A stretch of DNA of 64,000 bases from Sphingomonadales bacterium (GCA_034668685.1 JAXDPA010000099.1:4510-68509); one strand, 5' to 3'. Counted from the stretch's first letter, positions 40,392 to 50,950 are shown. Notes: generated by a model from the letters alone, not told the origin. Numbers and translations: made by a program.

Positions 40392-41259
40392 CCAGCGCGA
40401 TGGCGCCGAGTGGGCCGGCGAGGTCGCCGAGCTCCGGAGCGACGACATAGGGGCCGCCGGGAAGCGCGACGTAGCCGGCGAGGCTCTCGACCAGCTTCGC
40501 CTCGATCCGCGGCAACAGGAACGGCCGCCCGGAAGCGACTCCGCCGCCGATCGCGATTCGTCGCGGCGCCGCAGCGCAGACGAGGGCGTGGCAGAGCATG
40601 GCAAGGGCGTGGACGACGCCTTCCCAGATGGGGTCGTCGTCCGACAGCTCCGCGGCCGCCGCTCCGGCGCGAAGGGCGATCGCGCGGCCCGAGGCGAGGC
40701 CCTCGACGCAATCGCCGTGAAACGGGCAGGCGCCCGGCCAATCGTCGCCCGGCAGGCGCGGCACGCGCAGGTGACCGAGCTCGCAATGGCCGAAGCCACG
40801 GGTCGGCCGGCCGCCGACGATCAGGCCGACGCCCACTCCGGTGCCGACGGTGATATAGGCGAAGTCGGCGAGGCCGCGGCCGGAGCCCCATTCCATCTCG
40901 GCCAGAGCCGCGCCGTTGACGTCGGTGTCGAACGCGACGGGCACGCCGAGCCCGGCGCCGAGAGTCCCGGCGACATCGGCGCCTTTCCATCTCGGCTTGG
41001 GAGTCGCGCCGAGCCGGCCCCAGCCCGGCAAGGCGGAATCGAGGCCCAAAGGTCCGAAGCTTGCAATACCCAGCGCCGCGAAGCCGGGCGCCCAACACTC
41101 GATCCGCGCGCGCAGGGCGGCAAGGGTTTCCGCGGGGGTGGTGGTCGGCACGGTCTCGCGGGCGCGGACGTTGCCGGGCCCCGAGGCGAGCAGGCAGACA
41201 CACTTGGTCCCGCCCAGCTCGACGCCGGCGAACAGGCGCGGGCTTTCGAGTTCCGCCAT
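40336..41259 (-). CDS. ROK-family sugar kinase (fructokinase)
   Basis: ELGGTK, IASFGP, DTDVNGAA, TVGTGVG, ELGH, CPFHGDCVEGLASG. Confidence 0.92.
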   Translation of the reverse strand: MAELESPRLFAGVELGGTKCVCLLASGPGNVRARETVPTTTPAETLAALRARIECWAPGFAALGIASFGPLGLDSALPGWGRLGATPKPRWKGADVAGTLGAGLGVPVAFDTDVNGAALAEMEWGSGRGLADFAYITVGTGVGVGLIVGGRPTRGFGHCELGHLRVPRLPGDDWPGACPFHGDCVEGLASGRAIALRAGAAAAELSDDDPIWEGVVHALAMLCHALVCAAAPRRIAIGGGVASGRPFLLPRIEAKLVESLAGYVALPGGPYVVAPELGDLAGPLGAIALARAASRPAGARESPSSPR

Positions 41260-41308
41260 GCCGACGGGTTCGCCGGTGACCGGCCGTCCGTCAAGAGCGC
41301 GTGGGACG

Positions 41309-41446
41309 CTACCCGCGCTGTTTTTCGCGGCGGCGGTCGCGTTCGCGCTCGCTCAATTGCTCGAGAACGACGCTGAGGATCATGGTGACGCAGACGAAGC
41401 TGACGGCGACGGCAAGCACGAACGAATTCCCCCGGAAAATGGGCAT
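41309..41446 (-). CDS. Possible small single-pass membrane protein (45 aa)
   Basis: One hydrophobic helix followed by a charged tail; no family recognised. Confidence 0.3.
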   Translation of the reverse strand: MPIFRGNSFVLAVAVSFVCVTMILSVVLEQLSERERDRRREKQRG

Positions 41447-41552
41447 GACAACAGGATCCCGCGCACGTGGCGGCGAGGATCGGCAGGGAAACGCGTCTCC
41501 GCGCGAAAGGGTCCCGGCTTTTCCCGCATTCCGATCCGGGCTAGCGGGGGCC

Positions 41553-42284
41553 ATGGATCGAAGCGCGGCGAAGACGGAGGCGAGAGCGCTGGCGGGCGCG
41601 CATTTTCGCTATTTCGACTTCGTGATGGCGGCGTTCGTCACCATATTGCTGCTCTCGAATGTCATCGGCGCGGGCAAGATCGCGACCGTGACGCTACCGA
41701 AAATCGGCCCATGGCCGTTCGGCGCGGGCATCCTCTTCTTCCCCATCTCCTACGTGATCGGCGACGTGCTCACGGAGGTCTACGGCTATGCCCGAGCCCG
41801 CCGCTGCATCTGGGCCGGCTTCGCGGCGATGCTGTTCATGGCCTTGATGTCGACCGTCGTCGTCGCGTTGCCGCCCGACCCGACCTGGAAGGGCCAGGCG
41901 GCCTACGAAGCCGTGTTCGGCCAGGTACCGCGAATCGTCTTCGCCTCGATCGCCGCCTTCTGGGCGGGCGAGTTCGCCAATTCCTACGTGCTCGCCCGCA
42001 TGAAGGTGCTGACCGAGGGCAAATATCTCTGGACGCGGACGATCGGCTCGACCGTCGTCGGCCAGGCGGTCGACAGCGTGATTTTCTATCCGCTCGCTTT
42101 CTGGGGTGTGTGGGAGAGCGACAAGCTGGTCCTTGTGCTGGCCACCCAATGGGCGCTGAAGGTCGGCTGGGAGGCCCTGCTCACGCCGGTCACTTACGCC
42201 GTCGTCGGCTTTCTGAAGCGCCGCGAAGGCGTCGACGTCTACGACCGCGACACCGACTTCACCCCGTTCCGGGCGAAGGTGTGA
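41553..42284 (+). CDS. yhhQ: Queuosine precursor transporter (YhhQ/COG1738)
   Basis: FPISY..GD.LTEVYGY, RIV.AS..AF..GEFAN, RT.GST..GQ..DS. Confidence 0.85.
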   Translation: MDRSAAKTEARALAGAHFRYFDFVMAAFVTILLLSNVIGAGKIATVTLPKIGPWPFGAGILFFPISYVIGDVLTEVYGYARARRCIWAGFAAMLFMALMSTVVVALPPDPTWKGQAAYEAVFGQVPRIVFASIAAFWAGEFANSYVLARMKVLTEGKYLWTRTIGSTVVGQAVDSVIFYPLAFWGVWESDKLVLVLATQWALKVGWEALLTPVTYAVVGFLKRREGVDVYDRDTDFTPFRAKV

Positions 42285-42330
42285 TCTAATCCTCCCCATG
42301 CGCTTCGCGCACAGGGAGGACGGAGGGCAG

Positions 42331-42969
42331 CTATGCCTCCGAACCTTTCAGTCGCTCGATCTTCTGGGCCGCCTCGTCGAGGATGGCGGCGATCTCGTGG
42401 AGGCGCTCCTCGCCCATGTCCTCGGCCGTGACCCTATGCCAGAGGGCGGAGAGCAAATTGCCGACCGCGCGCTGGATCGGCCGGCCGCCGGCGCGGCGCT
42501 TGCCTTCGCCGGCGCCGGTCAGGCGCTCGATCAGCGCCTCGACCTCCTCGGAGCGCTCGGCGAGATGGGTCTGGCCCTCCGCGGTGATCGCGAACGGCTT
42601 GCGTGCGCCTTCGACCGCCGCCTCCTCGATGAGGCCCATGTCCTGGAGCATGGTGAGGGTCGGATAGACCACGCCGGGGCTCGGCGCGTAGCTGCCGTGG
42701 GTCAGCTCCTCGATCGCCCGGATCAGGTCGTAGCCGTGGCGGGGCTGGTCGGCGATCAGCTTCAGAAGGACCAGGCGAAGCTCGCCGGATTCGAACATCC
42801 GGCCGCGCCGCCCGCGCCGGCCGCCGCCGCCGCCGAAGCCGAACTCGTCCGCCCAGTCGGGCCCGTGCGGCCCGCCGAAGCCGAAGCCCCGCGGCCCGAA
42901 CCGCATCCCGAACACGCCGGGTCCGAACCGCCCGAATTCCATCCCCGCGGGGCCGCAACGCATCCTCAT
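42331..42969 (-). CDS. PadR-family transcriptional regulator (YqjI-like)
   Basis: Gly-rich N-terminus, GELRLVLL, PRHGYDLI, YAPSPGVVYPTL. Confidence 0.92.
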   Translation of the reverse strand: MRMRCGPAGMEFGRFGPGVFGMRFGPRGFGFGGPHGPDWADEFGFGGGGGRRGRRGRMFESGELRLVLLKLIADQPRHGYDLIRAIEELTHGSYAPSPGVVYPTLTMLQDMGLIEEAAVEGARKPFAITAEGQTHLAERSEEVEALIERLTGAGEGKRRAGGRPIQRAVGNLLSALWHRVTAEDMGEERLHEIAAILDEAAQKIERLKGSEA

Positions 42970-43000
42970 GATAGACCTCCGTCCTGTCTCTTTGCATCTG

Positions 43001-43010
43001 AGATATATCT
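43001..43010. promoter_or_regulatory. Probable PadR autoregulatory palindrome
   Basis: AGATATATCT perfect AT-rich palindrome about 30 bp upstream of the PadR start. Confidence 0.5.
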
Positions 43011-43075
43011 TGGCTACATCGCCGTCAAGCCAACGTTGGCATGACGGGGAGAATCCGATCCGCTAAAAGGGCGAA

Positions 43076-44398
43076 GTGGCCGACCTTTTCGCCAGCGATC
43101 CCCCGCCTCCGCCGCCCGCCGCGCCCGCGGAGAATGCGCCGCTCGCCGACCGGCTGAGACCCGCCGCGCTCGACGAGGTGGTCGGGCAGGACCATCTGAC
43201 CGGCCCCGAAGGGGCGATCGGGCGAATGGTGGCGGCGGGCAAGCTGGCCTCGATGATCCTGTGGGGGCCGCCCGGCACCGGCAAGACGACGATCGCGCGG
43301 CTGCTCGCCGACGCGGTCGGAATGCGCTTCGTCGCCATCTCGGCGGTCTTCTCGGGCGTCGCGGATCTGAAGAAGGTGTTTGCCGAGGCCCGGGAGTTCA
43401 CCCGCGCCGGCAGGCAGACCCTTTTGTTCGTGGACGAGATCCACCGCTTCAACCGCGCCCAGCAGGACGGCTTCCTGCCCTATGTCGAGGATGGCACGGT
43501 GGTGCTGGTCGGAGCAACGACGGAGAACCCGTCTTTCGAGCTCAACGCCGCCTTGCTCTCGCGGGCGCAGGTGCTGATCCTCAACCGGCTCGACCACGAC
43601 GCCCTGGCCCAATTGCTCGACCGGGCGGAGGCGGTGACGGGCCGTCCCCTCCCCCTCACCGCCGAGGCGCGCGAGGCGCTGATCGCCACCGCCGACGGCG
43701 ACGGCCGCTTCCTCCTCAACCAGGCGGAGACCCTGTTCTCGGTCGAGCTCGACGCGCCGCTCGATGCGGCCGCCCTCTCCGCGCTCCTCCACCGCCGGGT
43801 CGCGGTCTACGACAAGGACCGGGAGGGCCATTACAACCTCATCTCGGCGCTCCACAAATCGATCCGCGGCTCCGACCCGCAGGCGGCGCTCTACTATCTC
43901 GCGCGGATGCTGACGGCGGGCGAGGAGCCGCTCTATCTGCTTCGGAGGCTCACCCGGGCGGCGGTCGAGGATATCGGTCTCGCTGACCCCAACGCGCTGG
44001 TCCAGTGCATCGCCGCCAAGGACAGCTACGATTTCCTCGGCTCGCCGGAGGGCGAGCTCGCCATCGTCCAGGCCTGCCTCTACCTCGCCGCCGCGCCCAA
44101 ATCGAACGCCGCCTACAAGGCGCAGAAGGCGGCGTGGCGCTCGGCGAAGGAGACGGGCTCGCTGATGCCGCCCAAAAACATCCTCAACGCGCCCACGAAG
44201 CTCATGAAGACCATCGGCTACGGCAAAGGCTATCAGTACGACCACGACGCGGACGAGGGCTTCTCCGGCGACAATTACTGGCCGGAGGAGATGGCGCCCC
44301 AGACCTTCTACGAGCCGACCGACCGCGGCTTCGAGAAACGGGTCCGCGAGCGGCTCGACTATTGGAACAGCCTCCGGAAGGAACCGCGCGGCGGCTAG
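43076..44398 (+). CDS. rarA: Replication-associated recombination protein A (MgsA)
   Basis: PLADRLRP, WGPPGTGKTT, DEIHRFN, ATTENPSF, SALHKSIRGSD. Confidence 0.96.
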   Translation: MADLFASDPPPPPPAAPAENAPLADRLRPAALDEVVGQDHLTGPEGAIGRMVAAGKLASMILWGPPGTGKTTIARLLADAVGMRFVAISAVFSGVADLKKVFAEAREFTRAGRQTLLFVDEIHRFNRAQQDGFLPYVEDGTVVLVGATTENPSFELNAALLSRAQVLILNRLDHDALAQLLDRAEAVTGRPLPLTAEAREALIATADGDGRFLLNQAETLFSVELDAPLDAAALSALLHRRVAVYDKDREGHYNLISALHKSIRGSDPQAALYYLARMLTAGEEPLYLLRRLTRAAVEDIGLADPNALVQCIAAKDSYDFLGSPEGELAIVQACLYLAAAPKSNAAYKAQKAAWRSAKETGSLMPPKNILNAPTKLMKTIGYGKGYQYDHDADEGFSGDNYWPEEMAPQTFYEPTDRGFEKRVRERLDYWNSLRKEPRGG

Positions 44399-44445
44399 GC
44401 CATTGTCACCCCAGCTGCAGGACGCGCGAACAAGGGGAGAGGCGC

Positions 44446-45741
44446 ATGTATCGCAACGACGGCATCTACTGGCGCGACCAGTTCATGGTATGGCTGCCGC
44501 GGGTCGCCTTCGCTTTGCTCATCCTGGTCGTCGCGTGGATCTTGGCGCGAGCGGCGAAATGGGCGATCGCCAGGGTCGTCGACCGCGTCCCGGCGCTGAG
44601 GAAGCATTACGAGGCGGAGCCGGGCAAGACGCTGGGCAGCCTGATCGGCGACATCGTCTTCTGGCTGATCCTGCTGCTCGGCATCCTGATGGCGGTTCAG
44701 CCCTTGGGGCTCGCCGGCGTGCTCAGCCCGGTCCGCGACCTCACCACCACCGCCTTCGCCTTCATCCCCAACATCGTCGGGGCGGGCCTCCTCTTCTTCG
44801 TCGGGCTGATCGTCGCCCGGATCGTCAGGCGGATCGTCGAGGGCGCACTGCTCGCCGCCAACGCCGACGGCTGGCTGAGGCGGACCGGCCTCGTCGAGAG
44901 CGGCGGCGCGAGCCCGGCGACTCCCGCCGGCGCCCCGCCCAGCGTCGGCGCGGCCCGGCCCTCGATCAGCCGGTCGATCGGCTCGATCGTCTTCTTCCTG
45001 ATCATGATCCCGGTGACGATCATGGCCTTCGACGTGCTCCGCATCGAGGTCATCTCCGGCCCGGCGCGCGAGATGCTGGCGACGATCCTCGTCACTTTGC
45101 CGCGCGTCGTCGGCGCCGCGATCCTGCTCGCCATCGGCTACATGGCCGGGAAGATCGCCAAGACCTTCCTCGAGCAGGTGCTTCCCTCGCTGGGCTTCGA
45201 CCGCTCGGTGAGCGCGCTCGGTCTTCCCGCGGAGGGCAACGCGGCGTCGCGGACGGTCGGAACAGCGGTGATGCTCGCCATCCTCGTCTTCGTCGCGATC
45301 AAGGCGGCCGAACTCCTCCAGTCGCCGATCATCGCGGCGATGCTGGCCCAGATCCTGGAGCTCGGCAGCCACGTATTGTTCGGCGCGGTGATCATCCTCG
45401 GCGGAGTCGCCATCGCGCGGATCGTCGCCGGCCTGGTCAGCGGCGCCGGCACCGAAGGCTGGCTTCCGGCCATTCTCCGCTGGTCGATCATCGCCCTGGC
45501 CGTCGCGATGGGCCTGAGGTTCATGGGCCTCGCCAACGAGATCGTGGTCATCGCCTTCAGCGCGATCATCGGCTCGGCGGCGGTCGCCTGCGCCCTCGCC
45601 TTCGGCCTGGGCGGCCGCCCCACCGCCCACAAGCTGCTGGAACGCTGGACCGAGGCCAATGCCCCGCCGGCGCCCCCGTCACGGCCCAAGGCGCCCAAGC
45701 CCCCGCCCCCGCCCCGCGACGACCAGCCGCCTTTGGTGTGA
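44446..45741 (+). CDS. TM-helix-repeat membrane protein (CmpX / MscS N-terminal-like)
   Basis: Repeated (W/F/T)(L/I)P...GA...L..G...A segments; ALAFGLGG; RBS GGGGAG. Confidence 0.75.
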   Translation: MYRNDGIYWRDQFMVWLPRVAFALLILVVAWILARAAKWAIARVVDRVPALRKHYEAEPGKTLGSLIGDIVFWLILLLGILMAVQPLGLAGVLSPVRDLTTTAFAFIPNIVGAGLLFFVGLIVARIVRRIVEGALLAANADGWLRRTGLVESGGASPATPAGAPPSVGAARPSISRSIGSIVFFLIMIPVTIMAFDVLRIEVISGPAREMLATILVTLPRVVGAAILLAIGYMAGKIAKTFLEQVLPSLGFDRSVSALGLPAEGNAASRTVGTAVMLAILVFVAIKAAELLQSPIIAAMLAQILELGSHVLFGAVIILGGVAIARIVAGLVSGAGTEGWLPAILRWSIIALAVAMGLRFMGLANEIVVIAFSAIIGSAAVACALAFGLGGRPTAHKLLERWTEANAPPAPPSRPKAPKPPPPPRDDQPPLV

Positions 45742-45743
45742 AG

Positions 45744-45856
45744 CCTCCCCTCCCTGCGCGCAGGGAGGGGAATGAGGGGTGGGTACGTCAATGACGGGCG
45801 GTGAATTTCCGGAGACGAACCCACCCCCGGCCCCTCCCTGCGTGCAGGGAGGGGGG
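45744..45856. repeat. REP-like paired palindrome overlapping the start of the next gene
   Basis: CCCCTCCCTGCGCGCAGGGAGGGG...GGGGTGGGT and inverted ACCCACCCC...CCCCTCCCTGCGTGCAGGGAGGGG. Confidence 0.7.
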
Positions 45857-46702
45857 TTCACCCGCTTCGCCGCGATCGACTGGTCCGGCGCCAAGGGCCG
45901 ACGCCACAAGGGAATCGCGGTCGCCCTGGCCGAGGCGGGCGAGGCCGCCCCGAAGCTGGTCCGCCCCGGCCATGTCTGGTCGCGGACGGAGGTCCTGGAA
46001 TGGCTGCTTAAGACGGCGCCGGAGGCCCCGACGCTCTACGGATTCGATTTCAGCTTCGTGCCGCCTATCGTCGAGCGCGGCGAATATCTGCCCGGCCAGC
46101 CGGGAGTCCCGACGTCCGCGCGCGACTTCTGGGCCTATGTCGAGCGCCATTGCCGGGACGAGGACCTGGGCGCCGCCAGCTTCCTCGAGGAATCGCACCG
46201 CCGCCATTTCTACTTCGGCATCGCCGACGGCGTGAAGGCGCGCTTCATGCACTTCCGGCAATGCGACGCGCGCCTCAACGCCCAGGGCGGCCGCAAGACG
46301 GCGAGCGCCTACGACGCGATCGGCGCGGCCCAGGTCGCCAAGGCGAGCTTCTCGGGCATGCGGCTGCTCCACCGGGTGAGCGGGAAGGTGACGATCTGGC
46401 CGATCGATCCGTTGCCGGAGCGGGGCAGCGCCGTCGTCGAGATCTACACGCGCATCTATCTTCGCCGGGCTGGCCTTAGCGGCGCCAAGCTCAGGTCTCT
46501 CACGCAGCTCAACCTGGCGTTGAAAGGTCTCGGAAGCCGCCCCGCCCGGCTTCGCTTCGAGCCCAACGACCACCAGACCGATGCCCTGGTCACCGCCGCC
46601 GGAATGCGGGCGCTGCTGGCCTCGGAGCCGACCGCCCTTATCCCGGAAGGCCTGACCTCCGAGATCGCGCGCACCGAAGGCTGGACGTTCGGAGTGCTCT
46701 AG
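45791..46702 (+). CDS. DUF429-like RNase-H-fold protein
   Basis: AAIDWSGA, GFDFSF, VVEIY and H.TDAL..A acidic motif pattern; start uncertain. Confidence 0.65.
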   Translation: MTGGEFPETNPPPAPPCVQGGGFTRFAAIDWSGAKGRRHKGIAVALAEAGEAAPKLVRPGHVWSRTEVLEWLLKTAPEAPTLYGFDFSFVPPIVERGEYLPGQPGVPTSARDFWAYVERHCRDEDLGAASFLEESHRRHFYFGIADGVKARFMHFRQCDARLNAQGGRKTASAYDAIGAAQVAKASFSGMRLLHRVSGKVTIWPIDPLPERGSAVVEIYTRIYLRRAGLSGAKLRSLTQLNLALKGLGSRPARLRFEPNDHQTDALVTAAGMRALLASEPTALIPEGLTSEIARTEGWTFGVL

Positions 46703-47679
46703 GGGCCAGCCGCCGGCCGTCCCACCGGCGCCGTCGCCGCCTTCGGCATTCGCGCTTCGAGCGGGGCGAGCCAGGTGCCGACCTGCGTCCCGATGCTGAC
46801 CTGCGGGAATGAGGCGTCGTAATGGCGGGCGCTCTCCCACTGGTTGATCAGGCGCAGCGCCTCGGCGGAGGCGTCGGCGAGCGGCTGCGACTTCCGCAGC
46901 GCGTGGTTGATCATCGCGTCGCCGAAATAGGTCCAGTCGTTGTCGGCGGCGCAGCCGAACGAGCTTCGCCCGGCCGACGCGGCGGTGAACAAGGCGGTGG
47001 TGTCGCTCCACAGCGCTGGGACGAACACGCCGGAATAGCAGGCCGAAAGGATCAGCAGGCGGTTCCTGAAGCCGAGCCCGCCCAGCAGGCCGGCGAAGCG
47101 CGACGGGGTCAAAACGCCGAAGCCCTCGTCGCCGTCATGATAGGCGATTCCGATCGGCGCGCCGTGGCTGGTGAGGTAAAGGACCAGAACGTCCTCGCGC
47201 GAGTCGGCCAGCTCGGCGATCCGGGCGAGGGCCAGCGAGAGGGAGTGGAGGCTGCCCATCGGCAGATCGCTCGGGACGCGGCCGGTGCTTCCGGCGAGGA
47301 CGATCGTCCGCCCTTCCGCGTCGTAGCGGCGGGCCAGCACGCGCCCGGCCTCCCGCGCCTCGCGGCCGAAGACCGGGTCGCTGTCGAGCGCGATCGAGAC
47401 GACATAGGCGTCGACGATCCCCGGCCGCTGCGGCGCCAGGGCGGAGAGCGCCGAGTCGAGCCGGCGCTGCTCGGCGAGCTCGGCGGCGGGCGAGCGGCCG
47501 CGCTCGAGGTCCGGTCCGAGGTCGAGGCTCGCCTGGGCATCGGCCGAGTCGCTGCCCGAGACCATCGCGGGCCAGCCCGGCTTGTGCTGTGGGGGCTGCC
47601 ATGCCTGGGCGGCGAGCGCCGTCGCCGCCAGCGCCGCGCCCGCCGCCGCCACCGCCCGCCAGAGCTTCGACCAACCCAT
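46699..47679 (-). CDS. C13-family (legumain-like) peptidase, secreted
   Basis: Signal peptide; LYLTSHG and ILSACYSG His/Cys dyad; SSFGC. Confidence 0.88.
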   Translation of the reverse strand: MGWSKLWRAVAAAGAALAATALAAQAWQPPQHKPGWPAMVSGSDSADAQASLDLGPDLERGRSPAAELAEQRRLDSALSALAPQRPGIVDAYVVSIALDSDPVFGREAREAGRVLARRYDAEGRTIVLAGSTGRVPSDLPMGSLHSLSLALARIAELADSREDVLVLYLTSHGAPIGIAYHDGDEGFGVLTPSRFAGLLGGLGFRNRLLILSACYSGVFVPALWSDTTALFTAASAGRSSFGCAADNDWTYFGDAMINHALRKSQPLADASAEALRLINQWESARHYDASFPQVSIGTQVGTWLAPLEARMPKAATAPVGRPAAGP

Positions 47680-47788
47680 CCGCACCCCCGGATTCGCCTC
47701 GCGCCCTATCTCGCCCGCCGCGGCGCGCGCCGTCAACGGGGCGCGGGGCTGGACCTCGGAGCGAAGATGGAGGATGTCGTCGGGAGGG

Positions 47789-47864
47789 GCCGGGTTAGCT
47801 CAGCTGGTAGAGCAACCGCCTTGTAAGCGGTAGGTCGTCGGTTCGAGTCCGACACCCGGCACCA
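47789..47864 (+). tRNA. tRNA-Thr(TGT)
   Basis: GCCGGGT acceptor stem pairs with ACCCGGC; D-arm AGCTCAGCTGGTAGAGC; anticodon loop CTTGTAA; GTTCGAGTC T-loop; encoded CCA; 76 nt. Confidence 0.97.
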
Positions 47865-47869
47865 GGGCC

Positions 47870-48808
47870 TCAGCGGCTGGGCTTGGAGCGGGCCGTGGAG
47901 ATCGACTGCAGCAGCGCCTCCCGCATTCCCTGCCGCATTGCATTGCTGTCGGGGGCGGGCTGCGCCAAGGTTCTGGTGCCGATTGCGGCCAGTTGGGCCT
48001 CCTCGGCGGTGCAGGCGTCGAACGCCTTGGCGACGAGGGTCTCCGCCGCCTCCGGGCCGGCGACCCGTTGCCGCACCGCCTCGGTGAGGCAGCGCATCCA
48101 GACCCCCGCCGCCGCGTCGAATTCGGGCGACGCGGACGTGTCGTCGTCGATGCGCCAGATGATGTGGCCGTCGAACGTATCGGGCACCGCGTTGCCGGCG
48201 GCGTCGCGGGCCGGGCTGAAGTGGGCGCGCTCCTTGAGCAGTCGGCAGGTCGCCTCGTCGAGGCTCACCGAGCCGCTCGAATGGGTGACCGTGCAGCCGG
48301 TCACTCCGCCGGCCGAGTCGATGTCGAGCCGGAAATCGACCTTCCCCTGCTCGTGCCGGCGAAGCGCGGCCATCGGATAGTCGGCGTCGCTGAACAGCGT
48401 GGCCAGGGACGACCCGGGCGGGGGCGCCGGCGCCGTGTCGTCGTCCAGGTGCCAGACGATGTGGCCGTCGAAAGTGTCGGGCACCGCCTTGCCGCCGGCG
48501 TCGCGGACCGGGCTGAAGCGGGCGCGCGCCTTGATGAGCCGACAGGTCGCCTCGTCGAGGCTCGCCGAGCCGCTCGATTGGGTGATTGTGCAGCCGGCGA
48601 CGCCGCCGGCGGCGTCGATGTCGAGGTGGAAACCGACTTTTCCCTGCTCGTGTCGGCGCAGCGCGTCCGCGGGATAGTCCGCCTCGCCGAACAGCTGGGC
48701 CAGCGCCCCGCGCGACACGGGCGGCGGTGCGGGCGCCGCCGGCGGCGGCGCCTCGGCGGTGGCGAGAAGCAACGCGGCAAAGGCGGCGGCGCGGAACGGG
48801 CGAATCAT
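47870..48808 (-). CDS. TonB-family protein with two tandem TonB C-terminal domains
   Basis: Two copies of DYP..ALRRHEQGKV.F.LDID.AGGV.GCT.T.SSGS.SLDEATCRL...A.FSP.RDA.G.AVPDTFDGHI.W. Confidence 0.85.
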   Translation of the reverse strand: MIRPFRAAAFAALLLATAEAPPPAAPAPPPVSRGALAQLFGEADYPADALRRHEQGKVGFHLDIDAAGGVAGCTITQSSGSASLDEATCRLIKARARFSPVRDAGGKAVPDTFDGHIVWHLDDDTAPAPPPGSSLATLFSDADYPMAALRRHEQGKVDFRLDIDSAGGVTGCTVTHSSGSVSLDEATCRLLKERAHFSPARDAAGNAVPDTFDGHIIWRIDDDTSASPEFDAAAGVWMRCLTEAVRQRVAGPEAAETLVAKAFDACTAEEAQLAAIGTRTLAQPAPDSNAMRQGMREALLQSISTARSKPSR

Positions 48809-48880
48809 CGCCGACGACTAGCCCGCCATTCGAATAAGGTCGAATCGGCAGCGTCTTAGCCGCGACGCCCGCTCAATCGC

Positions 48881-50950
48881 TCACCAGATGCGGGCGCGGT
48901 CGGCCGGGGCCAGATACAGGGCATCGCCCGGCTTCACGGCGAAGGCCGAATACCAGCCGTCGATGTTCCTGACGACTCCGTTGACCCGGTATTTGCGGAA
49001 GCTGTGCGGGTCGCTGATCGTCTGCTGCCGGATCGAATCCGGCTGCGCCTTGCCGGCCCAGGCCTGGGCCCAGCCGAGGAACACGCGCTGGTCCCCGGTC
49101 AGCCCCCCGATCACCGGCGCGGGCCTGCCGCCCAACGAGCGGTGATAGGCGTCGAGCGCGATCGACAGGCCGCCGAGATCGGCGATATTCTCGCCCATGG
49201 TGAGGCCGGGATTGATGTGGAGGCCGGGCACCGGCTCGTAGGTCGCATATTGGGCGCCGAGCTTGTCGGCGCGCGCCTTGAAGGCGGCGGCGTCCGCCGG
49301 AGTCCACCAGTCGCGAAGCGCTCCGGCGGCGTCGATCGTCCGCCCCTGGTCGTCGAAGCCGTGGGTCATTTCGTGGCCGATCACCCCGCCGATGCCGCCG
49401 TAATTGATCGCCGGATCGGCGGCCGCGTCGAAGATCGGCGCCTGGAGGATTCCTGCCGGGAAGACGATGTCGCGAAGCGAGCCGTTATAGGCGTCGTTGG
49501 TCTGCGGGGTCATCTGCCACTCGCCGCGATCGACGGGGCCTTCGCTTCGGCGGACCCGGAACGCCCATTCGGCGGCGGCGGCGCGGCGGACGTTGCCGAG
49601 CAGGTCGTCGCGGCGGATCCCGACGGCGGAATAATCGCGCTGCGGCGTGTCGGGATAACCGACCTTGATCGTGTAGGTGTCGAGCTTCTTCAGCGCCTCG
49701 CGCTTGGTCTCCGGCCCCATCCAGTCGAGCCGCTCGAGCCGGGCGCGGAACGCGGCCTTGAGATTGTCGACCAGGGCCGTGACCTTGGCCTTCGTCTCGG
49801 GCGGGAAGTAGCGGGCGGCGTAGAGGTCGCCGACCGCCCAGTTGATCGTTCCGAAGCAGCTTCCCGGGTCGGCGCCGCAATCGCCGCCGCCGACCGCGAT
49901 GAGCGCCCGCTTCCAGCGCGGCCGGATCTGGGACTGTCCGGTGAGCGTCTTGCCGTGAAGCTCGAAATGCGCGTCGACGAAGGCTTTGGAGAGATAGGGC
50001 GCGGCGGCATCCGCGACGTGGAACGCCATCCAGGCCTTCAGCGTCTCGAGCGGGGTCTCGGCGTAGAGCGCGGCCAGCTTGGGAAAAGCGGTCTTCTCGT
50101 TCACGACGAGTTGCTCCCTGCCCGCGACTCCGGCCGACTCGAGAAGCGGCGCCCAGTCGAAGCCGGGCGTGAGCGCGGCGAGCTCGGCCGGGCTCATCGG
50201 GTTGTAGACGGCGACCACGTCGCGCTGCTGGACTCGGGTCCAGCTCGCCTCGGCGAGACGGGTCTCGAAGGCGACGACCGAGTCCGCCGCCCGGGCGGCG
50301 TCCGGCCAGCCGGCGAGGTCGAGCAGCGTCGCCGCATAGGCGCGGTAGGCGTCCTTCTTCGCCGCAAGCTCGGGCTTCAAATAATAATCGCGGTCCGGAA
50401 GGCCGAGACCCGACTGGCCGACATAGACGGCGTAGCGGTCCGGATGCTTGAGGTCGGCGTCGATGCCGACACCGAAGATCGTGGGATAGAGGCCGGATTC
50501 CGCCCTGCCCATCAAGCCGGCGAGCGCGGCCCGGTCGCCCGCCGCGCGGATCGCGGCGAGCTCGGGCTGGAGCGGCGCCGCGCCGAGTCGCTCGGCCTGC
50601 GCCTCGTCCATGAAGGCGCCATAGAAGGCGCCCACCCTGGCGCGGTTGTCGTCGCCGGGGCCGGCCTTGGCCGCGTCCTCCATCAGCGCGTGGAGCTGCG
50701 CCTCCATCCGGTCGGTCATCTCGATCCGGCGCGACGCGCCCGGCCGGTCGGCGGGAATCACCGTGCGCGCGAGATAGGCGCCGTTGGCATATTCGAAGAA
50801 GTCGTCTCCCGGCTTCACTTTCTTGTCCGGAGCCGTCAGGTCGAGGCCGAACGGCGGATAGACCGGTCCCGTCCCCGCCGCCGCCGCGCCGATCGAGATC
50901 GCCAGCGCCGAAACAGCCGCCGCACCCGCCCACATCCTCGCTCTCGTCAT
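48881..50950 (-). CDS. M13-family metallopeptidase (PepO/neprilysin-like), secreted
   Basis: Signal peptide; [32 protein letters not shown]. Confidence 0.95.
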   Translation of the reverse strand: MTRARMWAGAAAVSALAISIGAAAAGTGPVYPPFGLDLTAPDKKVKPGDDFFEYANGAYLARTVIPADRPGASRRIEMTDRMEAQLHALMEDAAKAGPGDDNRARVGAFYGAFMDEAQAERLGAAPLQPELAAIRAAGDRAALAGLMGRAESGLYPTIFGVGIDADLKHPDRYAVYVGQSGLGLPDRDYYLKPELAAKKDAYRAYAATLLDLAGWPDAARAADSVVAFETRLAEASWTRVQQRDVVAVYNPMSPAELAALTPGFDWAPLLESAGVAGREQLVVNEKTAFPKLAALYAETPLETLKAWMAFHVADAAAPYLSKAFVDAHFELHGKTLTGQSQIRPRWKRALIAVGGGDCGADPGSCFGTINWAVGDLYAARYFPPETKAKVTALVDNLKAAFRARLERLDWMGPETKREALKKLDTYTIKVGYPDTPQRDYSAVGIRRDDLLGNVRRAAAAEWAFRVRRSEGPVDRGEWQMTPQTNDAYNGSLRDIVFPAGILQAPIFDAAADPAINYGGIGGVIGHEMTHGFDDQGRTIDAAGALRDWWTPADAAAFKARADKLGAQYATYEPVPGLHINPGLTMGENIADLGGLSIALDAYHRSLGGRPAPVIGGLTGDQRVFLGWAQAWAGKAQPDSIRQQTISDPHSFRKYRVNGVVRNIDGWYSAFAVKPGDALYLAPADRARIW

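Noticed and set aside
47789-50950. Genomic island integrated at tRNA-Thr
   Set aside because: No integrase, no duplicated tRNA 3' end seen, and the downstream genes look host-like.
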